The notes under the pieces are model-generated. The model saw only the letters and a list, made by a program, of their open reading frames with translations. It did not search any database and was not told where the DNA came from. Made by a program: the position numbers and the translations under genes. Of a stretch of DNA of 64,000 nucleotides, positions 9,144-19,295 are shown piece by piece. Each line of letters opens with the position of its first letter. Positions within the stretch are counted from its first letter, which is position 1. Source of the DNA: an uncultured Planctomycetia bacterium (GTDB lineage Bacteria; Omnitrophota; Gorgyraeia; B26-G9); contig CAYTGV010000001.1 of NCBI GenBank assembly GCA_964437495.1, positions 28,552 through 92,551 on the forward strand, given 5' to 3'.

Positions 9144-12100
9144 ATGAAATACAAAAAAAACACATACAAAAAACTGCTTCTAATTATACTAGTCAACTCT
9201 TTGATTTTTTCTCATTATTTTATTGGGCAAGTTTTGGCTGAGCAGGCCTCCGACACTTATATAAAAAAATACACTAGGATAGATAGTAATGACCTTCTTT
9301 CCCCCCAAAGCAATATTGAAAAGTTAAGGGCAGGCAGCTTTTTCGAAAAAAGCCTCACTTCTGAGTTTACCGGTTCAAGACTGTCAAATAAAAAGCCAAG
9401 AAAATTAGCTGATTTAAAACTGGCCAATAAAAACCTTTTTCCAATCCCGTTCCCATTCCCTTCCGCACAATTTGATCGAGGACAATCAACTCCGGAATGG
9501 CTTGAGTCATATATTATGTCAAGAGTACTTCTAGAGCTAAGTTTCAAGCACAACAACTTGATACCTTTAAAAGCAGCCTTAGAAATTGCCCCGGAAGTTT
9601 TCGAAAATTACGGGCTAAAAGCAAATATAAAAAAAATAATCAAGCTTATTAATGGATTACAAAAAAGAGCTTTAATCTCAAATGCTGACGGTCTTGATTT
9701 CAGCTATAACCACCAGCAGATTATTCAGATTAATGTTCCTTTAAGAACTTTGGCCGTCTGGTCTGATGCCTTTAATTTTATCCGCAGTGATATTAAAAAC
9801 GCTCTTGCTTCTAGCCACTATGATTTCCTTACCATAATTGAGGAATATGCCCTCACTAGTGAATTGTGGCCTGCTCATCCAATTGAATCCCGGTATCCGG
9901 TACTAAGAGCCATTGCCAGTTTAACAGCAGAGGAACAAAAGAAACTCATAGCTATATTACTAAATAATGAACGGCTAAGAACCTATCCGCTCATAGATTC
10001 CACAATACTCATGCTGGACTTCGAGGAAGGAAAAAAAGAGTGGCTGCAAAAATATGCTCCTCAATTAGTAAATCGAAACCTTTATCTTATTGCCGCGGAA
10101 ATATCATTACTTGCCGGCGGCTTAGGAAGAGTGATGCAGTATCACGGAACAAATATGCATAAACTCGGAGCCAATGTGCTTTATGTAGAACCGTATTATC
10201 CCCTAACCAGAGATAAAACTGGATCCGTACAGCCTTTGGACTACTCAGGCTTGGCTATACCCGTTAAAGATTTGAAAAAAATCGACTACGATTTTACCAC
10301 AATAGTTCAAAATGGAAATATTTCTTTTGAAGTCTTTGTCGGGAAAAACACACTCGGCATAACCGTTTATCTGATCAGAGATAAAAAATCCGAATATGTT
10401 AATATCCTGTATGAATACGGCACTCAGGAATCTCCTGCCTCAAATTATGAATTTACCGAGTTTTTCACCAAAGCAACTCTGGAACTTATTAAATATTTGG
10501 AAGTAAAAGAACGAAAAAAATTAGGCAACAGATATAAACCTCCGCTTGTAGATGCAAACGACGGACAGGCTCTGCCCTTAAATGCTTTTAGAAGAATTTT
10601 TTATTTAGATAAGGAAAAAATAATCACAGAAGGCACAAACAAAAGAGATATAGATTTAGCACATGAGGTGTTAACTCAGGCAATTTTTAACGGTACAACT
10701 CATACTTACCGAAACCGCGGTATCATCAATGACTTTAATTACGGCCGTCATTTTTTAAGTAATGCAGGGATCCCAGAAGAATATCTATGGCTGTTTCTTC
10801 GCAAAGAAATCGATGGAACCCTTCTTTGGGATATGACTAGCGGCGGGCTTAGAAGTTCTGATACAAGCAAAGCTGTTTCCGCAATTCATGCCCATGAAAT
10901 GAATGCCCTTGATCCGATGATAAAACTTATCGGCATTACCAACGGCGATGACCGCGTGTATTCTTCCGCTTATTTCAGAGAGGCACTAAAAATTCTGGGA
11001 GTATCCGACTTTGAACATCCCACTGCACAGCAGGTTGCAAAAGCAAAAGCTATCTGCAAAAAAAATATCGGGCTTGACCCTAATCAAATGGTCATCTCCT
11101 ATTCCGGCAGGCTGGTGCAGGAAAAGGCAGGCCGAAACCGTGCTTTGACAGATGAAAACATCGAAGCTCTTGTAAAAGAAGGAATACAGGTACTTATCTA
11201 CGGCAATGTGCAGCCTTATGAAGAAAGCATTGCTATCAAAGAATCTCTTGAAAGACTACAGGAACGCTTATCAAACTCCGGATATAAAGGCAGGCTTATT
11301 TTTAAGCCAAAATTCAATATTGATGAACAAAGACAGCTTTTAGCTGCTACAGATATTCAGATCCAGGATTCTGACCGTTATACCGGAGCTGCCGAATATA
11401 CTGAAGCAGATGTTACCGCTAACGGCGGAATTCAAATGGGCGCTCCATTCTGGGAAGGAATAATTCAAAAACAAGGTGCTGTGATAAATTCAAAAACAAT
11501 GACCGGCAATACCCTTGTACCGGCCGATACAAACAGTAGCTCTTTTTTAAACTCTTTTAACTGGGCACATAAGAAATTCCTAGCTCCAAACAATGAACTT
11601 AGCGTTTATCAGGCCTCTTCTATCGAATTAAGCAGAGTTCTGGAGGCCTCTTTGACAGCTGCCGAATACTTACGCTTCTGGAATAATGCCTTCTGGGAGC
11701 AAAAAAATAAAATGCCAGCTCCGAAACCACGCGTTGCCGGAGAAGTCAACATCCTTGATTTATCCCTTATTTGCCATAGCAACTCAAAATCAGCCTCGAT
11801 TTTACGGCAAGTAAACAACTTCAGCTTGGATTATTCTCCCCAAAAAGGTGACGAATTGGAATTTACCGTTACTATAGACCGCCAGGCTTTTGATTCTCTG
11901 CATTATGGGCAAAAACATCTTGTCTCCTTTGACTTGGTTAGCGCTCAGCTTGTAAATGACTATGGACTCAGAGTACCTTTAAGCATCAAAAAAGTAGCCG
12001 AAATAACTGTAACCTTTAATGCTTTTTTACCTAAAAACCTGCCTCTGCCTTTTAATGGAATTATCGAAATAACTTCCGGATTATGGAAAAGCGCACGCAG

Positions 12101-12182
12101 TATAAGTATCACAACAAATACTATTGTAAAAAGAAAATCACCCATGGTAAATTCCACAAGTCAAGTATCGACTTCAATTTAG
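9144..12182 (+). CDS. Large exported protein (signal peptide) with a central divergent glycogen-synthase-like (GT5/GT-B) region; function unknown
   Basis: 1012 aa with signal peptide MKYKKNTYKKLLLIILVNSLIFSHYFIGQVLA|EQ. Motifs align with GlgA: NLYLIAAEISLLAGGLGRVMQ (KTGGLGDV-like), YSGRLVQEKAG (GRLxxQKG), SDRYTGAAEYTEADVTANGG (SRFEPCGL...TGGL-like). Catalytic K and E positions appear substituted. Confidence 0.5.
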   Translation: MKYKKNTYKKLLLIILVNSLIFSHYFIGQVLAEQASDTYIKKYTRIDSNDLLSPQSNIEKLRAGSFFEKSLTSEFTGSRLSNKKPRKLADLKLANKNLFPIPFPFPSAQFDRGQSTPEWLESYIMSRVLLELSFKHNNLIPLKAALEIAPEVFENYGLKANIKKIIKLINGLQKRALISNADGLDFSYNHQQIIQINVPLRTLAVWSDAFNFIRSDIKNALASSHYDFLTIIEEYALTSELWPAHPIESRYPVLRAIASLTAEEQKKLIAILLNNERLRTYPLIDSTILMLDFEEGKKEWLQKYAPQLVNRNLYLIAAEISLLAGGLGRVMQYHGTNMHKLGANVLYVEPYYPLTRDKTGSVQPLDYSGLAIPVKDLKKIDYDFTTIVQNGNISFEVFVGKNTLGITVYLIRDKKSEYVNILYEYGTQESPASNYEFTEFFTKATLELIKYLEVKERKKLGNRYKPPLVDANDGQALPLNAFRRIFYLDKEKIITEGTNKRDIDLAHEVLTQAIFNGTTHTYRNRGIINDFNYGRHFLSNAGIPEEYLWLFLRKEIDGTLLWDMTSGGLRSSDTSKAVSAIHAHEMNALDPMIKLIGITNGDDRVYSSAYFREALKILGVSDFEHPTAQQVAKAKAICKKNIGLDPNQMVISYSGRLVQEKAGRNRALTDENIEALVKEGIQVLIYGNVQPYEESIAIKESLERLQERLSNSGYKGRLIFKPKFNIDEQRQLLAATDIQIQDSDRYTGAAEYTEADVTANGGIQMGAPFWEGIIQKQGAVINSKTMTGNTLVPADTNSSSFLNSFNWAHKKFLAPNNELSVYQASSIELSRVLEASLTAAEYLRFWNNAFWEQKNKMPAPKPRVAGEVNILDLSLICHSNSKSASILRQVNNFSLDYSPQKGDELEFTVTIDRQAFDSLHYGQKHLVSFDLVSAQLVNDYGLRVPLSIKKVAEITVTFNAFLPKNLPLPFNGIIEITSGLWKSARSISITTNTIVKRKSPMVNSTSQVSTSI

Positions 12183-12224
12183 ATAGTTTTATATTGTTTC
12201 TCAACCCATGCTTTCAATAAACCA

Positions 12225-12253
12225 TTGACAATAATTTTTTTTTATGTTATAGT
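12225..12253 (+). promoter_or_regulatory. Sigma70 consensus promoter of rpmB
   Basis: TTGACA-17 nt-TATAGT; GGAGG at 12293 sits 8 nt before the GTG start. Confidence 0.55.
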
Positions 12254-12305
12254 TTTTACCTATTATTAGAAGATATTTAAATATTGATTACTGGAGGAAT
12301 AAAAA

Positions 12306-12560
12306 GTGTCTAAAGTATGTGCAATCTGTGGCAAGGGCCCGGTAGCCGGGCGATCTATCAGCGAACGCGGTAAGGCTATAAAACATGGTGGAGTTGGATT
12401 AAAAACAACCGGCATAACAAAACGAACATTTAAACCGAATCTTCAGAACATAAAAATATATATTAACGGTTCAAACAAAACAACCAAGGTCTGCACTGCA
12501 TGTATAAGATCCGGAAAAATCGTAAAAGCATCTGCCGCTAAAAAATCACAATCCGAGTAA
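12306..12560 (+). CDS. rpmB: 50S ribosomal protein L28 (zinc-ribbon type)
   Basis: MSKVCAICGKGPVAG...KRTFKPNLQNIKIYINGSNKTTKVCTACIRSGK matches the L28 signature, with CxxC...CxxC. Confidence 0.7.
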   Translation: MSKVCAICGKGPVAGRSISERGKAIKHGGVGLKTTGITKRTFKPNLQNIKIYINGSNKTTKVCTACIRSGKIVKASAAKKSQSE

Positions 12561-12872
12561 ATCTCGCGCCTTTGACTTTCCGAAGGCGCGTTTTATATGT
12601 TCACAGTCCACAACAATCAAATCAGGTCTCTTTTCTTTGATCCTATTGATCGCAAAAAGCTCTTCAGCCTTATTGTTCTTCTTGCGAAAACCTATATATT
12701 TAAAAGTTGTGCCGCATCCCGGACATTGCGCCTCTTTGAAAAAATCAATGCCCAGATGCTGACAGTTTTCACAGTTAGCCGTAAGTTCACCAGCTAAAAG
12801 TAAATGCTTCTTAACTTCCTCATTTTCAAGCTTTTGCCAAACCCTTATTAGAAACTCTTTCATAATAGGCAT
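12546..12872 (-). CDS. Hypothetical zinc-ribbon protein
   Basis: 108 aa with CENCQH...CPGCG. I recognise no family; its C-terminus overlaps the rpmB terminator. Confidence 0.35.
   Translation of the reverse strand: MPIMKEFLIRVWQKLENEEVKKHLLLAGELTANCENCQHLGIDFFKEAQCPGCGTTFKYIGFRKKNNKAEELFAINRIKEKRPDLIVVDCEHIKRAFGKSKARDLLGL
12565..12596 (+). terminator. Rho-independent terminator after rpmB
   Basis: cgcgcctt-tgactttccg-aaggcgcg followed by TTTTAT. It overlaps the 3' end of the convergent ORF 12546..12872. Confidence 0.6.
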
Positions 12873-12931
12873 CCTGGTATAACCCTCAGCCCTAGACTGA
12901 ATTATACCCTATTAAAACGATTAACGATAGA

Positions 12932-12961
12932 TTTGGAAGATTAAACTATTAATCTTCCAAA
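12932..12961. repeat. Perfect 13-bp inverted repeat (tttggaagattaa-acta-ttaatcttccaaa)
   Basis: Lies in the intergenic region between the 3' end of gene 13115..13717 and the start of ORF 12872. Candidate operator or bidirectional terminator. Confidence 0.5.
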
Positions 12962-13114
12962 TTGACAGCTTTTATTATCTTACAAAATTTTTTCATTCTT
13001 AAAAAAAATGCTGCATTATTTTCTCAATTTAAAAATCATTATCCTTAATCACTGTAATCTCTTTTTTATCTATGCAATCAAGACATCCTCTCATTTTATC
13101 ATTACAGGATGTCT

Positions 13115-13717
13115 TTAACCGACAAACCAGAAACTTCTTCTTTTTTGCTGAGTCATATCTTTGATCATTAAACCGGTATTTGTAACATAAACATAAAATT
13201 TTTTCCCGCGCTCATAGCGGACAAATGCGCTATTACCATAAACCGCTTCTATGAAAGGGATTGCTCTTTGATATTTATAAAGAAATTCCCATATTTTATC
13301 CCCAGAACTGTATAAGCTGTAAACAATCCGGGGCTTTGCCTTTTCCTTTTCAATGTCCAGGTATCGCCCGCTTAGACGCTCAAGTCGAAAATAACTCCTG
13401 GCACCGGTAATGCCCAAAAAGGATTTCCACTGCACGATTCTGCTTTCGATAACCCATTCATCCGCATTAAACAAAAATGTTCTTACTTTGGATTCTTCCG
13501 TACCCGGGAAAAACTCGATATCAAGAACAGGGCTGGACAGGTTTTCAGAAGACTTACATTCAACAACAGCAACCAAACGCCGCTCACTAAAAAATTTGTA
13601 AGAAGATAAATAAAATCTGCCTATAAGCAAAAAACTTCCAATTAAAAATAAAAACAATAATAATAATAAATTTATAGAGAATCTAGGTGTAAAAATTTTT
13701 AATATCCCTTTTTTCAT
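13115..13717 (-). CDS. Hypothetical membrane-anchored protein downstream of feoB
   Basis: Internal start MKKGILKIFTPRFSINLLLLLFLFLIGSFLLIG (signal anchor) within track ORF 13115..13879. The longer track ORF would overlap feoB. No recognisable domain. Confidence 0.45.
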   Translation of the reverse strand: MKKGILKIFTPRFSINLLLLLFLFLIGSFLLIGRFYLSSYKFFSERRLVAVVECKSSENLSSPVLDIEFFPGTEESKVRTFLFNADEWVIESRIVQWKSFLGITGARSYFRLERLSGRYLDIEKEKAKPRIVYSLYSSGDKIWEFLYKYQRAIPFIEAVYGNSAFVRYERGKKFYVYVTNTGLMIKDMTQQKRRSFWFVG

Positions 13718-13731
13718 GCCTTTACCTTTTT

Positions 13732-15462
13732 TTACAGAATCATATTCAGTACGCCGCCGACAAGCGTTGTGATTGTCAACATGATAATTGTTGCCTGAAT
13801 CAAACGTTTCATCCCAAGCTCTTTTAGAAAAATCACAAAAGTAGCAATACACGGGAAGGACATGGAAAGAACCACACATGCAATAACCAACTGCTTAACA
13901 GTTAAATCCAGAGGTATCAGCATCCCAGCGGCAATATCCTTTCGCAGTATTCCTACGATCAGCACCCAGATTGCTTCTTTGGGTAGACCGAAAACAAAAC
14001 TTAAAACCGGGCCAAATATACCGGAGATAGCTTCAAATATATGCAGCAACTGAAGTACATTAATAATTAAAACACTGGCTAAGACCACAGGCATTGCTTC
14101 TATGATAAAGCCTTTTATCCGGAAAAAAACCTTCTTTAACAGTAATCTTAACGAAGGCATTCGATACGGCGGGATTTCCAGAAATAATTCAGGGCTGTAC
14201 CCTTTTAAAAAATAATTCATTATTGCCCCCAGAAAAAGCCAAACAATAAAAAGCACAGCATATACAAGTGCTACATATCCCCCGCCAAAAGCGCCTAGAA
14301 TACCCACAATCATTGCCTGCAATGCTGCACATGGGACGCCTATTGATATAAGGGTGGAAGCAATGAACCGTTCTCTTTCGCTCTCAAGAATTCTTGTCCC
14401 CAGAATACCGGGCACATTGCAGCCGAACCCAAGCAGTATTGGAATAATCGCAAATCCGTGCAGACCTAATTTATGCATAATATTATCAAGTAAAAGCGCA
14501 AGCCTTGGGATATAGCCGCTATCTTCAAGAAAGCTCAAAAGCAGATAAAATGCTAGCAAATACGGCAGCACCATTACAATTTCCACATAAGGCGCTGTTG
14601 TCAATACGCCCATTGACTGTTGAAAATCAATTTTGCCCTCTATTAAATGTCCAATCAAGATATTATGTAAAAAACTTCCCGGCGAAAGAAATCCGCTTAA
14701 ACGCTCAAGAACCGGCAAATATACAGAATTGAAAAAAGGACCCAATACATAATTAATCAATCCTTCACCGATAAAACGCACTACTTGAAAACTCACAAAG
14801 ACAGCGCCAACCGCTATAACAGCTCCCCACCAGTGATTAACAGATGCGTCTTCAAGAATTTCCAAAAAAGTATGATGTCTGTAACTAAGATGTTGAATTT
14901 CAGCAATTATTTTTCCAATTTCCACCCAGCGCTGCTGATGTGTACGAGTTTTAATATTAGACGGCTTTGCCTGAACAATATTTTCTTTTAATTGTTTAAT
15001 TCCCACACCGGTTATACCGCTGGTAAGCGTAACTTTGACACCCAGCAGCTTTTCAAGTTCCCTGTCTTTTATCGATATTCCCCGGTGTTTGAGTTCGTCT
15101 GACATATTCAAAGCAATAATCATCGGATGATTTGTTTCTAAGAGTTCCATTGTCAGATAAAGATTGCGTTCAAGATTTGTCGCATCAAGAACATTGATGA
15201 TCAGATCAACATCATTAAGCATTTTCACCGCGACCTCTTCAGCCGGAGCACTTGGCTCAAGACTATATGTGCCGGGAAGATCAACTATCTCTACTTCATC
15301 GCCCTCTAGAGTAATTTTACTCTTTAAAAACTCAACTGTTGTGCCCGGGTAATTGGAGACAAGAACCCGCACTCCTGTAAGTCGTGAGAATAAAACACTT
15401 TTACCTACATTCGGATTTCCAATAAGAGCTATTTTTTTTATTTTTTGTTTATGGTTATCCAT
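13732..15462 (-). CDS. feoB: Ferrous iron transporter FeoB
   Basis: N-terminal G-protein domain (IALIGNPNVGKSVLFSRLTG...DLPGTYSL) followed by a polytopic membrane domain. Confidence 0.9.
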   Translation of the reverse strand: MDNHKQKIKKIALIGNPNVGKSVLFSRLTGVRVLVSNYPGTTVEFLKSKITLEGDEVEIVDLPGTYSLEPSAPAEEVAVKMLNDVDLIINVLDATNLERNLYLTMELLETNHPMIIALNMSDELKHRGISIKDRELEKLLGVKVTLTSGITGVGIKQLKENIVQAKPSNIKTRTHQQRWVEIGKIIAEIQHLSYRHHTFLEILEDASVNHWWGAVIAVGAVFVSFQVVRFIGEGLINYVLGPFFNSVYLPVLERLSGFLSPGSFLHNILIGHLIEGKIDFQQSMGVLTTAPYVEIVMVLPYLLAFYLLLSFLEDSGYIPRLALLLDNIMHKLGLHGFAIIPILLGFGCNVPGILGTRILESERERFIASTLISIGVPCAALQAMIVGILGAFGGGYVALVYAVLFIVWLFLGAIMNYFLKGYSPELFLEIPPYRMPSLRLLLKKVFFRIKGFIIEAMPVVLASVLIINVLQLLHIFEAISGIFGPVLSFVFGLPKEAIWVLIVGILRKDIAAGMLIPLDLTVKQLVIACVVLSMSFPCIATFVIFLKELGMKRLIQATIIMLTITTLVGGVLNMIL

Positions 15463-15677
15463 ATTTTTGAAGCCATTCCATATCCGAGGGCTACCACAGT
15501 TCGCCCTACTTTGATCGCCACCGGTCCGCGCATAACAAAAGCGCTCAGCTTAGTAATATGCTTACCGACATTGATCCCCATCGCACCCAGGCGCTTTTCA
15601 AACATACTGCCGCCTTCAATCTCAAAAATAGTTCCTGTTTCCCTGGCTTTCATCTTAATTAGACTTGTCTTTTTCAT
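15438..15677 (-). CDS. feoA: FeoA
   Basis: MKKTSLIKMKARETGTIFEIEGG...GAMGINVGKHI... is a small SH3-like FeoA and overlaps the feoB start. The start could instead be 15710 as in the track ORF. Confidence 0.7.
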   Translation of the reverse strand: MKKTSLIKMKARETGTIFEIEGGSMFEKRLGAMGINVGKHITKLSAFVMRGPVAIKVGRTVVALGYGMASKIWITINKK

Positions 15678-15737
15678 AGTGCACCTATTATATTGTATTG
15701 CCTCTTCCATTGCAATAAAATCAACCTACTCTTAGAT

Positions 15738-17801
15738 TCAGTATATTTTCTCTATTGAGATATCTGTATAATAAAATTTGAGGATCTCTTCGAAATTAAA
15801 TCCCCTCTCAGCCATTGTCGCCGCGCCTACCTGGCACATGCCCACGCCATGCCCCCAACCGCCTCCATAGAATAAAAAGGATTCAGCTTTTCCCTGTTTA
15901 TCAAGTTTCACATCTATATTAAACATCGAGCTACGCAGATCTCCCAGCAATCGCCTGATATTAAGCTCTTTTTCAATAATAAACTCCCCTTTACTACCTT
16001 TTATCTTAATGCTATGCACATGTGAAGAGGGATGGCGTTCCTTAATATCAATTGAATAGAGCCTTCCAATATCCTTTTTTTTGTTTATTAAGTCCTCTAA
16101 CTGAACACGCGTATATAATCTTTGCCAGCGAAAATTACTTTTACGCGAAAATGCCGCATTATTACAAAATACATCAATCTTATCCGATCCCAGCCAATCT
16201 TCAAGCTCCAGAGCCGATAAGGGGAAAAAAAACCCTAACGGCATTAATGAATCCTGTTTATGCTGTAGATAAGGCACATCCTCCCGCTGAGAAAATATAT
16301 TTCCCTGCGTATGTCCTCCGCAGCTATTGCTGTATACAGCATCAATAGGCTGTCCATTATGCACAGCAACCAAACCAGAGGTAGAATCTATAGCAGCATT
16401 AGTTACCGCTGTTTCTACTTTAGCGCCATTATATGCCTGGCAATGGACACCAGAACAAAAATTATATCCATCCGCTTTATGCCTGTTTATTTTTCTGTAT
16501 GCCTCAGAACGCGCAGCAACTGCCTGGGCCTTCAAAGCTTCCTGCGGCCAGGAACTCGGCATCTCACTAGGAAGGACTCCGTAAAGATATTCCTCCATAT
16601 TAAGAACATTCACAATGCGGATATACCCCCCATCACTTATTTCGATCTTAAGCTTTCCTCTATATAACCTGTCACTTTTGCTTGCCCAGTATTGCCCCTT
16701 GCCTGCTTCAATATCAAAAATTAATATTGTAGAACTATCATCATGTTGATCTATGAAAACACCTTTTTTGAAATACAGAATCTCATTGTCTTCTTCGGCT
16801 AAAGCAATCCCCTCTTTTTGCTGCAAAAGAGCATAAAGCTTATTCTTTTTCCCCTCATATAGAACAGCCTCTGAGTCGATATCCTTAATAAAAAAATCTG
16901 CGCCTGTTTTAAAACGAAGCCTTTTAACATCACCTATATGCACCCCCACAACCGGAGCATTGGGTACTTTTTTCAAGGATACTTTTTTAGCAAAAGAGTC
17001 CTTCATCCTGGAATATTCTCTTTGCTCTAATTTTTTGCCCAATTCTTTTCCTAATATCTCATGAATTTGACTGATATATTCCTTTGCTAAGATATTATCA
17101 GAATCCACCGCCTGAACCTTTCTTGCCGCCTTCAAAGACTCTTCATAACGGCTTTGATTAAAATATACGCTCATTAATGATGGATACACCTCTTTTATGC
17201 TTGGGTCAAGCGCCTGGGTTTTTTCAAGTTCCTGCTGCGCCTGTTTCCACATTTTATTTCTTATATAAATATTGGAAACAGCAAGATGAGCTATGGCAAA
17301 TTCTGCGTCTTGCCTTATTGCCTGACGGTAAGCATCAACTGCTTTCTGCATCTGAGCTTTTTCCTCAAAACAACGCCCCAGCCAAAAATAAATACCCGCA
17401 TCTGAGAATCCCATTTCCAGGGCTTTATTAAATGATTCAATCGCTTTATCCGCCATAGAATCAAGATAGTAAACCTCTCCAAGATTTTTTAATAGAATTG
17501 CACTTTGCCCATATTTAAGCAGTTTTTTGTAAATTCCCGCTGCCTTTTTATAAAGGCGCATATTTTTATAAACAAAAGCCTTATTCAATTGAACAATCTT
17601 TGTCTCGGGTTTTATTTTCGCGGCTTTATCATATTCAGACAGCGCTTGTTCATACTCACCCAGGTTGAAGAAGACCCTTGCTCTGTATAAGTAATTATGA
17701 AAAATATCTGCTTCTTGAGCCCCACTCTTAGAAGACAGCAAACAAGTAAAACATAAGAAAATAAAACCGGCGATTATTTGTTTTTTATTTAATTTTATCA
17801 T
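15738..17801 (-). CDS. Exported TPR-repeat protein with C-terminal SpoIID/LytB domain
   Basis: 687 aa with a signal peptide and multiple TPRs. C-terminal ...SNSCGGHTQ...GGGWGHGVGMCQVGA... is the SpoIID/LytB signature. Confidence 0.75.
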   Translation of the reverse strand: MIKLNKKQIIAGFIFLCFTCLLSSKSGAQEADIFHNYLYRARVFFNLGEYEQALSEYDKAAKIKPETKIVQLNKAFVYKNMRLYKKAAGIYKKLLKYGQSAILLKNLGEVYYLDSMADKAIESFNKALEMGFSDAGIYFWLGRCFEEKAQMQKAVDAYRQAIRQDAEFAIAHLAVSNIYIRNKMWKQAQQELEKTQALDPSIKEVYPSLMSVYFNQSRYEESLKAARKVQAVDSDNILAKEYISQIHEILGKELGKKLEQREYSRMKDSFAKKVSLKKVPNAPVVGVHIGDVKRLRFKTGADFFIKDIDSEAVLYEGKKNKLYALLQQKEGIALAEEDNEILYFKKGVFIDQHDDSSTILIFDIEAGKGQYWASKSDRLYRGKLKIEISDGGYIRIVNVLNMEEYLYGVLPSEMPSSWPQEALKAQAVAARSEAYRKINRHKADGYNFCSGVHCQAYNGAKVETAVTNAAIDSTSGLVAVHNGQPIDAVYSNSCGGHTQGNIFSQREDVPYLQHKQDSLMPLGFFFPLSALELEDWLGSDKIDVFCNNAAFSRKSNFRWQRLYTRVQLEDLINKKKDIGRLYSIDIKERHPSSHVHSIKIKGSKGEFIIEKELNIRRLLGDLRSSMFNIDVKLDKQGKAESFLFYGGGWGHGVGMCQVGAATMAERGFNFEEILKFYYTDISIEKIY

Positions 17802-17888
17802 TTTAATTGGCCAATAATTGGATTGAACAGCACGAAAAAGAGAAGTTTAACTCCTGTTTTACGCAAAACACCCGCTAAATTAAAAAAA

Positions 17889-18563
17889 TCATGCATTGCG
17901 GAAAATACACAGGATTGAATTCAGTTTTTCATCTTTGTTTTTTATCGCAAACATTTTCAGGCTCACAATCGCTTTTGCTTTCAATATAGGCAGGAATAAC
18001 TCCAAGTCAGCAGAAATAGTATTCGCGCGTCTTTCAACAATGTCATAATACATCTTCCTGAATTCCACATTTGATTCCAGTTTTATCACCGAATCAACGC
18101 TGAGTTCATCTTGAGAAATACTAAAAATATCCTGAGCTGCCTTATTTATCTTAATACGTGAAGATGTAATATCCAAAAGCATTATACCGTTTTGAATATT
18201 ACGGCTTATCGTTAAAAGCAGCCGGTTTATCATATCTACCCTATTTTCCCTTAAAACATCGAATTCATTGATTCGGTCTATAACCTTATTGAATTTTTCC
18301 GCCATATTCGAGAACTCATCTTTACCATGCATAGAAATACCTGTTTGAAAGTTATTCTCCATTATATGTTTCAAGGCAAGTTCAAATTTCTTTCTGAAAA
18401 TTATAAACCGGTCTAAGATAACAAGAGTTATAACTACACCAATGCCAACTAAAAACACAAGGCTATCCTTATAAAAATTCGGCAGATGTTCATTACCTAC
18501 AAACCATATAGACAAAAATATCACGATCAAAATTCCAAACAGTATATTTATCTCTCTTTTCAT
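17889..18563 (-). CDS. Membrane protein with 2 TM helices, a HAMP-like and a PAS-like segment, and no output domain
   Basis: 224 aa. FRKKFELALKHIMENNFQ...DEFSNMAEKFNKVIDRINE is HAMP-like; GIMLLDITSSRIKINKAAQDIF is PAS-like. Confidence 0.45.
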   Translation of the reverse strand: MKREINILFGILIVIFLSIWFVGNEHLPNFYKDSLVFLVGIGVVITLVILDRFIIFRKKFELALKHIMENNFQTGISMHGKDEFSNMAEKFNKVIDRINEFDVLRENRVDMINRLLLTISRNIQNGIMLLDITSSRIKINKAAQDIFSISQDELSVDSVIKLESNVEFRKMYYDIVERRANTISADLELFLPILKAKAIVSLKMFAIKNKDEKLNSILCIFRNA

Positions 18564-18573
18564 TTTTATTCCC

Positions 18574-19263
18574 TTAATTATGTTTGATTAATAAATTTAT
18601 GCTTTCCTGCTTACCAACCACAATCAGACAATCACCTTCTTCAAGCATATCCTCAGCTTGCGGCAGATCATTGATCTCTTCGTTTAATATTCGCTGTCCT
18701 CTTTCATCTATAGCCGCAATCTGTTTTTTTATCGCCACAACATTAACATCATAGCGTTTTCTAAGATTAAGCTCTTTAAGGGAACGTCCATAAAAATCCG
18801 CAGGAATTCTTATCTCAGCCATAGTATGTCCGGAAGACAGCTTCATGCTTACCTGTATATTGGGGCTGGTAAGACTTTTACCCACCGATTCCCCCATTTC
18901 CTTTTCCAAATTCAGGATCTTTGTAATATCAAGCGCTTTAAGGATCTCTTCCTGCAGAGGATTAACCGAGCGTCCATAAATATTTTTTATGCCCATTTTC
19001 TTCAGCAAAGTAGTTGTCAGAAGATTAGCCTCAACATTTTCCCCAATACAAACAATTGCCGCATCTACCTGCTCGAGCCCAATAGAGCGCAATGCCTTTT
19101 CATCCGTAGCATTCAAAGCAACAGCCACAGCCACATAATCCTTAATATCCTCAACTTTTTCTTTATCAGAATCAACAGCAATAACCTCTACGCCCTGATC
19201 AGTTAAAGTCTTAGCTACTGTTGACCCAAAGCTACCTAATCCAAAAACAGCAATTTGACGCAT
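18574..19263 (-). CDS. TrkA/KtrA-type K+ transport regulatory protein (TrkA-N plus TrkA-C)
   Basis: MRQIAVFGLGSFGSTVAKTL...VIAVDSD Rossmann domain plus a C-terminal TrkA-C domain. No KtrB/TrkH gene is adjacent. Confidence 0.8.
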   Translation of the reverse strand: MRQIAVFGLGSFGSTVAKTLTDQGVEVIAVDSDKEKVEDIKDYVAVAVALNATDEKALRSIGLEQVDAAIVCIGENVEANLLTTTLLKKMGIKNIYGRSVNPLQEEILKALDITKILNLEKEMGESVGKSLTSPNIQVSMKLSSGHTMAEIRIPADFYGRSLKELNLRKRYDVNVVAIKKQIAAIDERGQRILNEEINDLPQAEDMLEEGDCLIVVGKQESINLLIKHN

Positions 19264-19295
19264 CTTTTTCCTCCTAAGATAAAGCTACAGTTAGT

